Notes under the pieces: generated by a model | What the model was told of the DNA's origin: nothing | Database searches by the model: none | Seen by the model: only the letters and a program-made list of their open reading frames with translations | DNA from: Archangium sp. | GTDB taxonomy: Bacteria; Myxococcota; Myxococcia; Myxococcales; Myxococcaceae | Length of the DNA stretch: 26,621 nucleotides | Direction: 5' to 3' | Assembly: GCA_031367385.1 (NCBI GenBank) | Contig: JANLPS010000419.1 | Location: 1-26,621, forward strand | Part shown: positions 7,776-16,164 of the stretch, in pieces | Numbering within the stretch: position 1 is the stretch's first letter | Layout of the letters: every line of letters begins with the position of its first letter | Made by a program: the position numbers and the translations under genes

Positions 7776-7790
7776 TTAAGCAGTGAACGA

Positions 7791-8921
7791 ATGCTCGATT
7801 TGGTGCTCGTCGGCGGGGGTCTCGCAAACGGCTTGATTGCGTGGCGATTGCGCCAACTGCGGCCTGAGCTTTCTTTCGTCGTTCTCGAAGCGGGTGCAAT
7901 TGCAGGGGGCAATCACACCTGGAGCTTTCACGGCACTGATGTCACCCAATCCCAGATGTCGTGGCTCTGGGTCTTGGTCTCGAAGTCGTGGCCATCACAC
8001 GACATTCTCTTCACCTCGTTGAACCGCAGTGTTGGCGGTGGGTACCACTCGATTCGCAGTGAAGATTTCCACTGGAAGCTCAAAGAAGCGCTCGGCGAGC
8101 GACTCGTGCTCAAGGCACAAGCCGTCGACGTCTCTGCCACGCAGGTCAGGCTGTCGAATGGAGAAATTCTCCAAGCGAAAGCGGTAATTGACGGGCGCGG
8201 GCCCTCAACCCCTGTGTACCCGGTGGGATTTCAAAAATTCGTCGGTCTCGACGTCGAGCTCGATTCGCCGCACGGTCTCGAGGTGCCGCTGCTGATGGAC
8301 GCGCGTGTGACGCAGCACGACGCGTTTCGTTTCATGTACTTGCTGCCGTGGGACGACCGCCGGCTGCTGGTTGAAGACACCTATTACGCAGATGATTCGA
8401 CGCTCGATGTTTTGCTTCTGAAGGGCCGCATCGCCGAATACCTCGCCGAGCGTGGCTTCACCGTTCGCCAGGTGCTTCGCGAAGAGGCCGCGGCGCTGCC
8501 GATACCGTTGGGGGGCGAGGCGCCTCGCTTCGACCACCCGACGAGTGGCGTCGCGTCGGGCCTGTACCACGCGACGACTGGCTACTCGCTGCCGATGGCC
8601 GTTGATTTGGCTGAAGAATTGGCGACCCGTGATGACCTGTCGGCGAGCTCGCTGACCCCGTGGCTTCAAGCCCGCGCCGAGCGGCATTGGGCGACCGGGG
8701 CCTTCTTCAGGTTGCTCAACCGCATGCTCTTTCGTGGCGCCAAGCCCGACGAGCGGGTGAAGATCTTCGAGTCGTTCTACCAACACGATGAAGCGCTGAT
8801 CGCTCGGTTCTACGCCGGTACGCTGACGCCGCTCGACATGCTGACCGTGCTCAAGCGAGGCGCCTCGACGGTGCCGCCGCTCCGCGCCATTCGTGCAGCG
8901 TTCGGGGCCAAAAGCCGTTAA
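7791..8921 (+). CDS. crtY: Lycopene beta-cyclase (CrtY type)
   Basis: LVGGGLANGLIA dinucleotide-binding motif, GGNHTWSFH, FQKFVG, PLLMDA.V.Q...FRFMYLLP, LVEDTYY, HATTGYSLP, FRLLNRMLF, LIARFYAG. Confidence 0.9.
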   Translation: MLDLVLVGGGLANGLIAWRLRQLRPELSFVVLEAGAIAGGNHTWSFHGTDVTQSQMSWLWVLVSKSWPSHDILFTSLNRSVGGGYHSIRSEDFHWKLKEALGERLVLKAQAVDVSATQVRLSNGEILQAKAVIDGRGPSTPVYPVGFQKFVGLDVELDSPHGLEVPLLMDARVTQHDAFRFMYLLPWDDRRLLVEDTYYADDSTLDVLLLKGRIAEYLAERGFTVRQVLREEAAALPIPLGGEAPRFDHPTSGVASGLYHATTGYSLPMAVDLAEELATRDDLSASSLTPWLQARAERHWATGAFFRLLNRMLFRGAKPDERVKIFESFYQHDEALIARFYAGTLTPLDMLTVLKRGASTVPPLRAIRAAFGAKSR

Positions 8922-8932
8922 AACCCGCGCCC

Positions 8933-11149
8933 ATGCCCGACGGGACGCATCACTCCTTTTGCCGAATTTGCGAAGCGTTGTGCGGGCTTGAAGTGACCGT
9001 GGCCGACAACAAGGTCGTCGCGGTCAAGCCAGACGCCGCGCACGTGGCGACCCGAGGCTTCAGCTGCCCCAAGGGCCTCAAGCAGGCCAAGATGTACGAC
9101 TCGCCTGACCGTCTCCACGCGCCTGAAAAGCGGGTCGGTGACCGCTGGGAGCGCATCTCGTGGGAGCAAGCCCTCTCTGAAATCGGCGCCAAGGTCGCCT
9201 CGCTGCGTAAAGACAAAGGCCCTGATTCAATCGCCATGTACGTCGGCACCGCTGCGGGCTTCGGCGTGCTGCACCCGGTCTTCGCGCAGGGGTTCATGAC
9301 CGCGGTGGGCTCGAAGTCGATGTACGCCTCAGCCACTCAAGACTGCTCAAACAAGTTCGCGGTCGCCAAAGAACTGTACGGCTTTCCCTTCACGCAGCCT
9401 TTTCCTGACCTCGATCACACCGAGTGTCTGATCATCGTGGGCGCCAACCCGGTCATCTCGAAGTGGAGCTTTCTGCAGGTGCCGAACCCCGGCCGCACCC
9501 TGCAGGAGCTCACCGAGCGCGGCGCAAAGCTCTTCGTCGTCGACCCGCGAAACACCGAGACCGCCAAGCTCGCCACCGAGCACGTGTTCATTCGGCCGAA
9601 CACCGACGTGTTTTTCTATCTCTCGTTTTTGAACGAGCTCGCCCTGCAAGGCGGCATCGATCACGTGCGCGCCGCGCAGACGCTCGAGGGGCTCGACGAG
9701 GTGTTGGCATTGGCCGCCCCGTGGAGCGCCGAGAAGACCGCTGAAGTCACCCACATCGACCCTCAGGCGCTGCGCCGCATGGTGCACGCGTACCGCACGG
9801 CCCGGGGTGCGGCGATGTACTCCTCGACCGGCGTCAACATGGGGTCGAATGGCTCGCTCGGCTTCTGGCTGCAGGAGGTCATCAACGCCGTCTCGGGCAA
9901 CCTCGATCGCACCGGCGGCACGCTCGTCGGCAAGGGGGTCATCGACTTTCCCGCGTTCGGCAAGAAGAACGGCGTGCTGGTGCGCCCCGACCGATCACGC
10001 ATCGGCGATTTTCTCTCGGTCAACGACGCCTTTCCCGGCGGAGTGCTGGCCGACGAGATTCTCACCCCGGGCGACAAGCAGGTGCGCGCGCTCTTCGTGA
10101 CCGGCGGCAACCCATTGATCACGATGGCGAACTCGGGGCGCATGAAGACGGCCTTTCAAGACCTCGAGCTGCTCGTCACCCTCGACCTGTTCAAGAATGA
10201 GACGGGCTCGGTCGCGCACTACGTGTTGCCGGCGACGTCACCGCTGGAGCGGCCTGATCTGCCCTTCATCTTTCCGCTGATGCTGGGGCTGCAGAAGAAG
10301 CCATACCTGCAAGCGACCCGTGCGCTGGTCGAGCCGGTCGGTGAGGAGCGCGACGAGGCCACGATTTACCTGCAGCTGTGCAAGGCCGCGGGGCTCAACC
10401 TGTTCGACTCGGCGATCGCACAGAAGTCACTCGAGGCGATGCTGTTCGCCAACTCGAAATTCAACCGCACCGGGCCGAAGCAACAACCTTCGTTGCCGCA
10501 AGAGACGCTGCTCTCGTTGCTGATGCGGGTCAGCGGGCAGCCTGGGTACGAGAACCTCCTCGAGCATTACCCGCACGGGTATCTGCGCGCGCCGCACGAT
10601 GACGACAGCTTCGTGAATCAGCGGGTGCTGACCGGCAACAAGAAGATCAACGTCGCCCCTGCGGTGTTGATGACCCAGGCGCGCAAGGTCGAGGCCGATT
10701 TCATTCGTGAAAAGGCCGAGGCCACCCGGTTCAAGCTGATCACCAAGCGCGCGGTGCAGACCCACAACTCGTGGACGCACAACATCGAAGACTTCGTTCA
10801 CGAGCCGACGAATTACCTCTACATGCACCCCGAAGACGCCAAGCGAACGGGCCTCTTTGACGGGGGCTTCGCCGATGTGACGACTGACACGGCGACCGTG
10901 CGCGTACCGGTGAAGTACCTCGCTGACTTGATGCTCGGCACGGTGGCGCTGCCCCATGGCTGGGGCCACCAGCACGCGACCGGGCTCTCGGTGGCCAGCA
11001 AGACCCGTGGCGTGAACGTGAACCTGCTCGCGGCCGATGGGCCCGACGCGCTCGAAAAAGTCAGCGGTATGGCGCACTTGACCGGCTTCGTGGTCGACAT
11101 CAAGCCAGCGGCGGGGCCACCAAACCCGTTGAGTTGGTCGGGCATCTAA
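8933..11149 (+). CDS. Molybdopterin-dependent oxidoreductase (DMSO reductase superfamily) with N-terminal [4Fe-4S] motif, substrate unknown
   Basis: FCRICEALCG...SCPKG; DRLHAP..R...WERISWEQAL; GANP; VVDPRNTETA; GNLDRTGG; DLFKNET..AHYVLPA; C-terminal HPEDA...LPHGWGH. No Tat signal seen. Confidence 0.9.
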   Translation: MPDGTHHSFCRICEALCGLEVTVADNKVVAVKPDAAHVATRGFSCPKGLKQAKMYDSPDRLHAPEKRVGDRWERISWEQALSEIGAKVASLRKDKGPDSIAMYVGTAAGFGVLHPVFAQGFMTAVGSKSMYASATQDCSNKFAVAKELYGFPFTQPFPDLDHTECLIIVGANPVISKWSFLQVPNPGRTLQELTERGAKLFVVDPRNTETAKLATEHVFIRPNTDVFFYLSFLNELALQGGIDHVRAAQTLEGLDEVLALAAPWSAEKTAEVTHIDPQALRRMVHAYRTARGAAMYSSTGVNMGSNGSLGFWLQEVINAVSGNLDRTGGTLVGKGVIDFPAFGKKNGVLVRPDRSRIGDFLSVNDAFPGGVLADEILTPGDKQVRALFVTGGNPLITMANSGRMKTAFQDLELLVTLDLFKNETGSVAHYVLPATSPLERPDLPFIFPLMLGLQKKPYLQATRALVEPVGEERDEATIYLQLCKAAGLNLFDSAIAQKSLEAMLFANSKFNRTGPKQQPSLPQETLLSLLMRVSGQPGYENLLEHYPHGYLRAPHDDDSFVNQRVLTGNKKINVAPAVLMTQARKVEADFIREKAEATRFKLITKRAVQTHNSWTHNIEDFVHEPTNYLYMHPEDAKRTGLFDGGFADVTTDTATVRVPVKYLADLMLGTVALPHGWGHQHATGLSVASKTRGVNVNLLAADGPDALEKVSGMAHLTGFVVDIKPAAGPPNPLSWSGI

Positions 11150-11160
11150 ACCCAGCCGCC

Positions 11161-12090
11161 ATGCCGCAACTCGATCTCTTCCCGCCTCCGCCGCTCGATG
11201 TCAGCGCCGACGCAGCGCTGGCGGCGAAGCGACCGGCGGTGCTCAGAATCGGCACCTCGAGCTGGACGTTTCCCGGCTGGAGTGGGCTGGTGTACCGCGG
11301 CAGCCCGAGTGCCCAAGAGCTGATCGATCGCGGCCTCGAGGAGTACGCCCGCCACCCGCTCTTCAACACCGTCGGCATCGACCGCTCGCACTACGCGCCG
11401 CTGAGCATCGATGAGCTGACGAAGTACGCGAAGCAGCTGCCACCGGGGTACAAGTGCGTGACCAAGGTGTGGAATGCGGTGACCTCTCCGGTCGACCCGC
11501 GCACCCGGTTGCCCAACCCGCATTTTCTCGATGCCCGGTTTTTTCGCGACGCGGTGCTCGGGCCCTCAGACGCGGCATTTCTCGAGCATCAGGGGCCGTT
11601 CGTGTTTCAGATGTTGCCGCTCTCGAGCTCGGAGCTGCCAGACCCCGAGGGGTTGATCGCCAAGCTCGATCGGTTTCTCGCGCAGTTGCCGACCCATCAT
11701 CAGTACGCGGTCGAGATTCGAAACCCGGAGCTGCTCAAGCCCTCGTACTTCGCCGCCCGGGCCCGCTCGAACGTGGCGCACGTCTTCACGTACTGGTCGC
11801 GAATGCCGAGCATCGGGTCGCAGCTCGCGCAGGCGGGTTCGCTGACGGCCGACTTCACCGTGTGCCGACTGAATCTGCCGCCGGGTACTGAGTACGAGGC
11901 ACAACTCGAGGCGTTCGCTCCGTTCGACACCCTTCAGGCGCCCGACCCGAGCATGAGGGAAGACGTGACGAAGCTGGTTCAACGCTGCGCGGCGCTCGGC
12001 AAGACGGTGTGGCTGACGGTGAACAACAAGGCTGAGGGGTCGAGCCCGCTGACGGTGCGGGCGATTCTCGAGCGACTCTCGAAAGCTTAG
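11161..12090 (+). CDS. DUF72 (YecE-like) TIM-barrel protein
   Basis: RIGTSSWTFPGW.GLVY, TVGIDRSHY, TKVW, GPFVFQ, YAVEIRN, VNNKAEGSSP; ATG at 11161 preferred because the longer ORF overlaps the previous gene. Confidence 0.85.
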   Translation: MPQLDLFPPPPLDVSADAALAAKRPAVLRIGTSSWTFPGWSGLVYRGSPSAQELIDRGLEEYARHPLFNTVGIDRSHYAPLSIDELTKYAKQLPPGYKCVTKVWNAVTSPVDPRTRLPNPHFLDARFFRDAVLGPSDAAFLEHQGPFVFQMLPLSSSELPDPEGLIAKLDRFLAQLPTHHQYAVEIRNPELLKPSYFAARARSNVAHVFTYWSRMPSIGSQLAQAGSLTADFTVCRLNLPPGTEYEAQLEAFAPFDTLQAPDPSMREDVTKLVQRCAALGKTVWLTVNNKAEGSSPLTVRAILERLSKA

Positions 12091-14204
12091 AAGGGGCTCT
12101 CTTTGAGATCGTCGTTGCCCTTCGCGGGCTTCCGCGGCAGCAGCGGCGCTTTCTTCTGGGGCTTCAACTCGACCGACAGATCGAAGTCGGCCTCGGGTGA
12201 GAGCTTTCGCTCTTCGTTGCCGTAACCCATGACCTTGAACTTCAGCTTCAACGGCTTGCCCTTGTCGGCCTCGAACTGAAACGGCGTCGTGCCGATGAGC
12301 TCTTCACCCGAATAGACTTCTGCTTTCGGTGGCACCGACTTGAGTGAGACCTTCACCTTCTGCACGGCCGGCAGCACCGCGACCGGAGGCTTCGCCTCAA
12401 CGACCTCGGCGGGCATCACCGGGTCGGCCACGGCGACCGGCGTGACGGGCTTCTCTCGCTCGATGGTTTCGGTCGGGGGTACTTCGGCGTGCGCGCCTCT
12501 GGTGAAGAACCACCCCGCGCCACCCAAGGCGGCGATCGCAACCACCGCCACGGCGATCAGCGGCGCGTACGACTTGGGCGCGATCACTGGCTCATCGAGC
12601 GATTGCTCACCCGACTGCTCAGAGACGGCCACCAGCGCGATGGGCGCAGGCGGCTCTTGCCGCGGCTCGGTCGTCGTGTTGGGCCGGCTCGGTCGCGCCG
12701 GCAACATGTCAGTTGGCAACGCCTTCGCCCGAGGAATACCGGCCCCCGGAGTCGCTCGCAGCGGGATGGTCTTCGCCGTCATGCGCTTGATCGGCTGACC
12801 CAACTGCGCTTCGAGAATCGTCACGACCTCGAGCATTGTCTGCGGCCGCTGCTCGGGCTTCTTGGCCAGCATCGACATCACCACGTTCTCGAGCTCTTCA
12901 GGCAACACCAAGCCGAGCCCCGAGGTGACGCGGCGCGGAGGCTGCGTCACGTGCGCGACCATCAGCAACGACGGAGTCTGGCCCACGAACACCGGCGCGC
13001 CGCTGAGCAGCTCGTGAATGATCAACCCCAATGAATACACGTCACTGCGCGCGTCGACTGGCATCGCGGCCGCCTGCTCGGGCGACATGTACTGCGGCGT
13101 CCCCACGACCATGCCGATCGCCGTTCGACCTCCGGCCTGGCCGCGGCCGTCGATCTCCTTGGCCACTCCGAAGTCGAGCACCTTGACGAAGTCTTTTTGC
13201 CCATCGCGGCTGATCAGCACCACGTTCTCGGGCTTCAGGTCGCGGTGCACGATGCCTTGCTGGTGCGCGGCGGCGAGGGCTCGGGCGATTTGCAGCCCGA
13301 TGTTCACCGCGCGGTCGGTCGGCAGCGCGTGCTCTCGGGTGATGAGCTCGGCGAGCGTCTTGCCGTCGAGGTACTCCATCACGAAGTAAAATCGCCCGTC
13401 TTCGGTGCGACCGAAGTCGGAGATGTCGATGATGTTCTGCTGCCCAATGCGAGATGACGCGACTGCTTCACGCTTGAAACGCTCGACGAACTCAGCGTCC
13501 TGGCTGAGCTCCTGCTTCATCACTTTGAGCGCGAAGGTCTTGCCCAGCTCGGTGTGCTCGGCTTTGTAGACCTCGCCCATGCCGCCCGAGGCCAGCTTGT
13601 CGATGATGCGGTAGCGACCAGCGATCACCTGCTGCGGCAGCATCATCGAGCGCATCACGGTCGCGTCGATCTTCTCGAGCTCGATTTGAACCGTGGCCCG
13701 CGCTTGCCGCTCGGCGGTCTCGGCCTCTCGACGGCGCAACACCGCCGCTGCGCCGGGCCGCAACGTCATGTCATCTGGGCGGGCTTCTTCATCGATCGTC
13801 GCCGCTGCGCTCACCCCGCTCGGCCGAATCACCGTCGCCGCCGAGGCAGGCTGCGGCGTTGCCGGGCCCACTCGCACGTTCGAAGCCCGAACATTGACGC
13901 CGCTGGTTCGCTGATGCACTCGAAATTCGGTGCCTCCCACGCGCAGGCGCGAGCCATTGGGCAGCTCGACCTGACTCACCGGAGCGTCGTCGACCAACGT
14001 GCGACCGCCCGACAAGTCGGTCACCCAGAGCGAGCCATCACCGGTCAAATCGAGCTGCGCATGCGAAGGCTGAACACCCGGGTCGTCGAGGCGCACCGAG
14101 TTGAACTCACCCGAGCCCATCGTGACGCTGCCGCTGACAGGCACCGTGGCGCCGTCGTTTGGCCCTCCCAGCACAATCAGCTCATACGGGGCAGTGGAGG
14201 CCAT
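12087..14204 (-). CDS. Hanks-type Ser/Thr protein kinase (FHA-like N-terminus, kinase, TM helix, PEGA-like C-terminus)
   Basis: LASGGMGEVY, FALK, HRDLKPEN, KVLDFGVAK, GTPQYMSPEQ, DARSDVYSLG; TM LIAVAVVAIAALGGAGWFF; LKSVPPKAEVY...IGTTP. Confidence 0.93.
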   Translation of the reverse strand: MASTAPYELIVLGGPNDGATVPVSGSVTMGSGEFNSVRLDDPGVQPSHAQLDLTGDGSLWVTDLSGGRTLVDDAPVSQVELPNGSRLRVGGTEFRVHQRTSGVNVRASNVRVGPATPQPASAATVIRPSGVSAAATIDEEARPDDMTLRPGAAAVLRRREAETAERQARATVQIELEKIDATVMRSMMLPQQVIAGRYRIIDKLASGGMGEVYKAEHTELGKTFALKVMKQELSQDAEFVERFKREAVASSRIGQQNIIDISDFGRTEDGRFYFVMEYLDGKTLAELITREHALPTDRAVNIGLQIARALAAAHQQGIVHRDLKPENVVLISRDGQKDFVKVLDFGVAKEIDGRGQAGGRTAIGMVVGTPQYMSPEQAAAMPVDARSDVYSLGLIIHELLSGAPVFVGQTPSLLMVAHVTQPPRRVTSGLGLVLPEELENVVMSMLAKKPEQRPQTMLEVVTILEAQLGQPIKRMTAKTIPLRATPGAGIPRAKALPTDMLPARPSRPNTTTEPRQEPPAPIALVAVSEQSGEQSLDEPVIAPKSYAPLIAVAVVAIAALGGAGWFFTRGAHAEVPPTETIEREKPVTPVAVADPVMPAEVVEAKPPVAVLPAVQKVKVSLKSVPPKAEVYSGEELIGTTPFQFEADKGKPLKLKFKVMGYGNEERKLSPEADFDLSVELKPQKKAPLLPRKPAKGNDDLKESPF

Positions 14205-14262
14205 CGCAGGTAGCGTAGGTGTCGCACGCCTTGAGCGGGCGTCGCAAGTTTGTCACCGAGGT

Positions 14263-15237
14263 TTAGCGCAGCGTTCGGCCGTCTCGACCCCAGCGGGGCA
14301 ACCCTGCCACTGCGCCCAACTTGCACACCACATGCGACCCCACCACACATGCGAATCGAATCATCGGCTCGAGGTCATCGATCGACGCTCGGTTCAGCGC
14401 GGCTTGCGAGGTGTAGGCGCGTGACAGACCGCGGAGCAGACCAGCGGTGAAGCCGTCGCCTGCGCCCGTGGTGTCGATGACTTGCACCTGTCGCGTCGGC
14501 ACCCGGCGGGTCTGGCCCTTGAATCGAAAGGCCGCACCCTCTGCGCCCAGCGTCACGATGGGCAGCAACACGCCGCGGCGCTCGAGCTGGCGCAGCGCCC
14601 GGTCGACCGATTGGGTGCCGGTGACGAACCGAATCTCTTCTTCGGAGAGCTTCACCACGGTGCACCACCCGAGCAGCTCATCGAGCAGCGTGCGGAGCAC
14701 CGACGGGTCGGGCCAGAGATGGAGCCGCAGGTTCGGGTCGCACGAGACGAGCTGACCCGCGCGGGAGCGGCGCTGGAGCACCTGGCGAACCGCGGCCCGT
14801 GCCTTGGGTTGCACGAGCGAGTTGGTGCCCGCGTGAACGATGGTGGCGACCGAGAGCGCCTGCTTGGAGGCCCGCGTGTCGCGCGAGTCGAGAAACGTTT
14901 CAGCCGCGCGGGTTCGGTAGAAGGTGAAGCTGCGCTCGCCTTCGTTGGTGAGCGAGACGAACCCCAGCCCGGTCTTGCCCTCGTCGGTCTGGCGCAGCCC
15001 GCTGACATCGACGCCCTCGCGGGCGAGGCCTTCTTTCAAGAAGCTCCCGAACTCGTCGCGGCCGGTGACTCCGACGAGGGCGCTCCTGGCACCCAGCCGG
15101 GCGAGGCCGACGGTGACGTTGGCAGGAGCACCCCCCAGGCAGGGCCGCCACCCTGTGACGTCGCGCACCCGCTGCCCCCGGCGCGCAGGCAGAAAATCGA
15201 CCAACGCTTCGCCGAGGCAGACCACGTCGTGAGGCAT
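14263..15237 (-). CDS. PfkB-family carbohydrate kinase (fructokinase-like)
   Basis: [45 protein letters not shown]. Confidence 0.92.
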   Translation of the reverse strand: MPHDVVCLGEALVDFLPARRGQRVRDVTGWRPCLGGAPANVTVGLARLGARSALVGVTGRDEFGSFLKEGLAREGVDVSGLRQTDEGKTGLGFVSLTNEGERSFTFYRTRAAETFLDSRDTRASKQALSVATIVHAGTNSLVQPKARAAVRQVLQRRSRAGQLVSCDPNLRLHLWPDPSVLRTLLDELLGWCTVVKLSEEEIRFVTGTQSVDRALRQLERRGVLLPIVTLGAEGAAFRFKGQTRRVPTRQVQVIDTTGAGDGFTAGLLRGLSRAYTSQAALNRASIDDLEPMIRFACVVGSHVVCKLGAVAGLPRWGRDGRTLR

Positions 15238-15355
15238 CGAGGCGACGCAGAGTACTGTGCGATGCCGTTCGCGTCATTCACGTTGCGTTTTGGTGCTCGC
15301 TGCGCCATACGCCGAGCGTTTTCAGTACATTTCACGAGGGGAGGTGACAGTTCAG

Positions 15356-15547
15356 ATGACGACAGTTCGCGTCAAAGACGGTGAGTCCATTGAAGCAGCC
15401 CTCAAGCGCTTCAAGAAGGCGACCGAAAAGGCCGGTATTCTCTCGGAGATTCGTAAGCGAGAGCACTACGAGAAGCCTTCGGTGAAGAAGAAGAAGAAGT
15501 CCATCGCGGCCAAGAAACGCGCGGTGAAGAAGAACAAGAAGTTTTAA
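15356..15547 (+). CDS. rpsU: 30S ribosomal protein S21
   Basis: [54 protein letters not shown] upstream; first gene of the MMS operon. Confidence 0.96.
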   Translation: MTTVRVKDGESIEAALKRFKKATEKAGILSEIRKREHYEKPSVKKKKKSIAAKKRAVKKNKKF

Positions 15548-15619
15548 ATCGCCTCCCGTGGGCTTACCGCCACGCCGCTTCATTTGACGCGACCGGTGGC
15601 ATCAGACTGTCAGCACCTC

Positions 15620-15664
15620 CGGAGGTCGGCGTCTTTCCAGATGTCCGACCTCCGATTCATTTTT
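15620..15664 (+). terminator. Hairpin or terminator between rpsU and yqeY
   Basis: CGGAGGTCGG...CCGACCTCCG 10-bp perfect outer stem with an inner stem, followed by ATTCATTTTT. Confidence 0.55.
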
Positions 15665-15689
15665 GCCGCAGCCCTTGAAGGAGCACCCC

Positions 15690-16148
15690 ATGCCCACGAT
15701 TCGTGAACGTCTCGACGCCGACCTCAAAGAGTCGATGCGCGCAAAGACGCAAGTTCGCACCGACGTCATTCGCAACGTGAAGAGCGCCATCAAATACAAA
15801 GAGGTCGCCGCCACCAACGTGGTGCTCGACGACACGTCGATTCTCGGAGTGATCACCTCGCTGGTGAAGCAACGCCGCGATTCGATTGAAGAATACAAGA
15901 AGGCCGAGCGCGCTGATCTGGCTGAGAAAGAAGAAGCCGAGCTCGCCATTCTGCAGACCTACCTGCCCGCACAACTCAGCGCCGAGCAGCTCACGGCCGA
16001 GGTGGTGAAGGCGATCGCCGAGGCTGGAGCCAAGTCGGTCAAAGACCTGGGCGCGGTGATGAAGATCGTCACGCCCCGGCTCAAGGGCCAGGCCGAGGGT
16101 CGCGCGATCAGCGACGAGGTCAAGGCGCAGTTGGCGAAGCTGGGTTAA
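15690..16148 (+). CDS. GatB/YqeY domain protein
   Basis: L.ADLKESMRAK...VKQRRDSIEEY.KA.R.DLAEKEEAELAILQTYLPAQLS...KDLGAVMK...GQAEG; AAGGAG RBS; typical position after rpsU. Confidence 0.93.
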   Translation: MPTIRERLDADLKESMRAKTQVRTDVIRNVKSAIKYKEVAATNVVLDDTSILGVITSLVKQRRDSIEEYKKAERADLAEKEEAELAILQTYLPAQLSAEQLTAEVVKAIAEAGAKSVKDLGAVMKIVTPRLKGQAEGRAISDEVKAQLAKLG

Positions 16149-16164
16149 CCAGAAGCGTCCGCGA

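Noticed and set aside
11134..11160. Longer start for DUF72
   Set aside because: Overlaps the oxidoreductase 3' end; ATG at 11161 fits better.
12087..12090. Overlapping convergent stop codons of DUF72 and the kinase
   Set aside because: Common in compact genomes; no further signal.
15257..15355. N-terminal extension of S21 in the ORF track
   Set aside because: S21 homology and the RBS point to ATG 15356.
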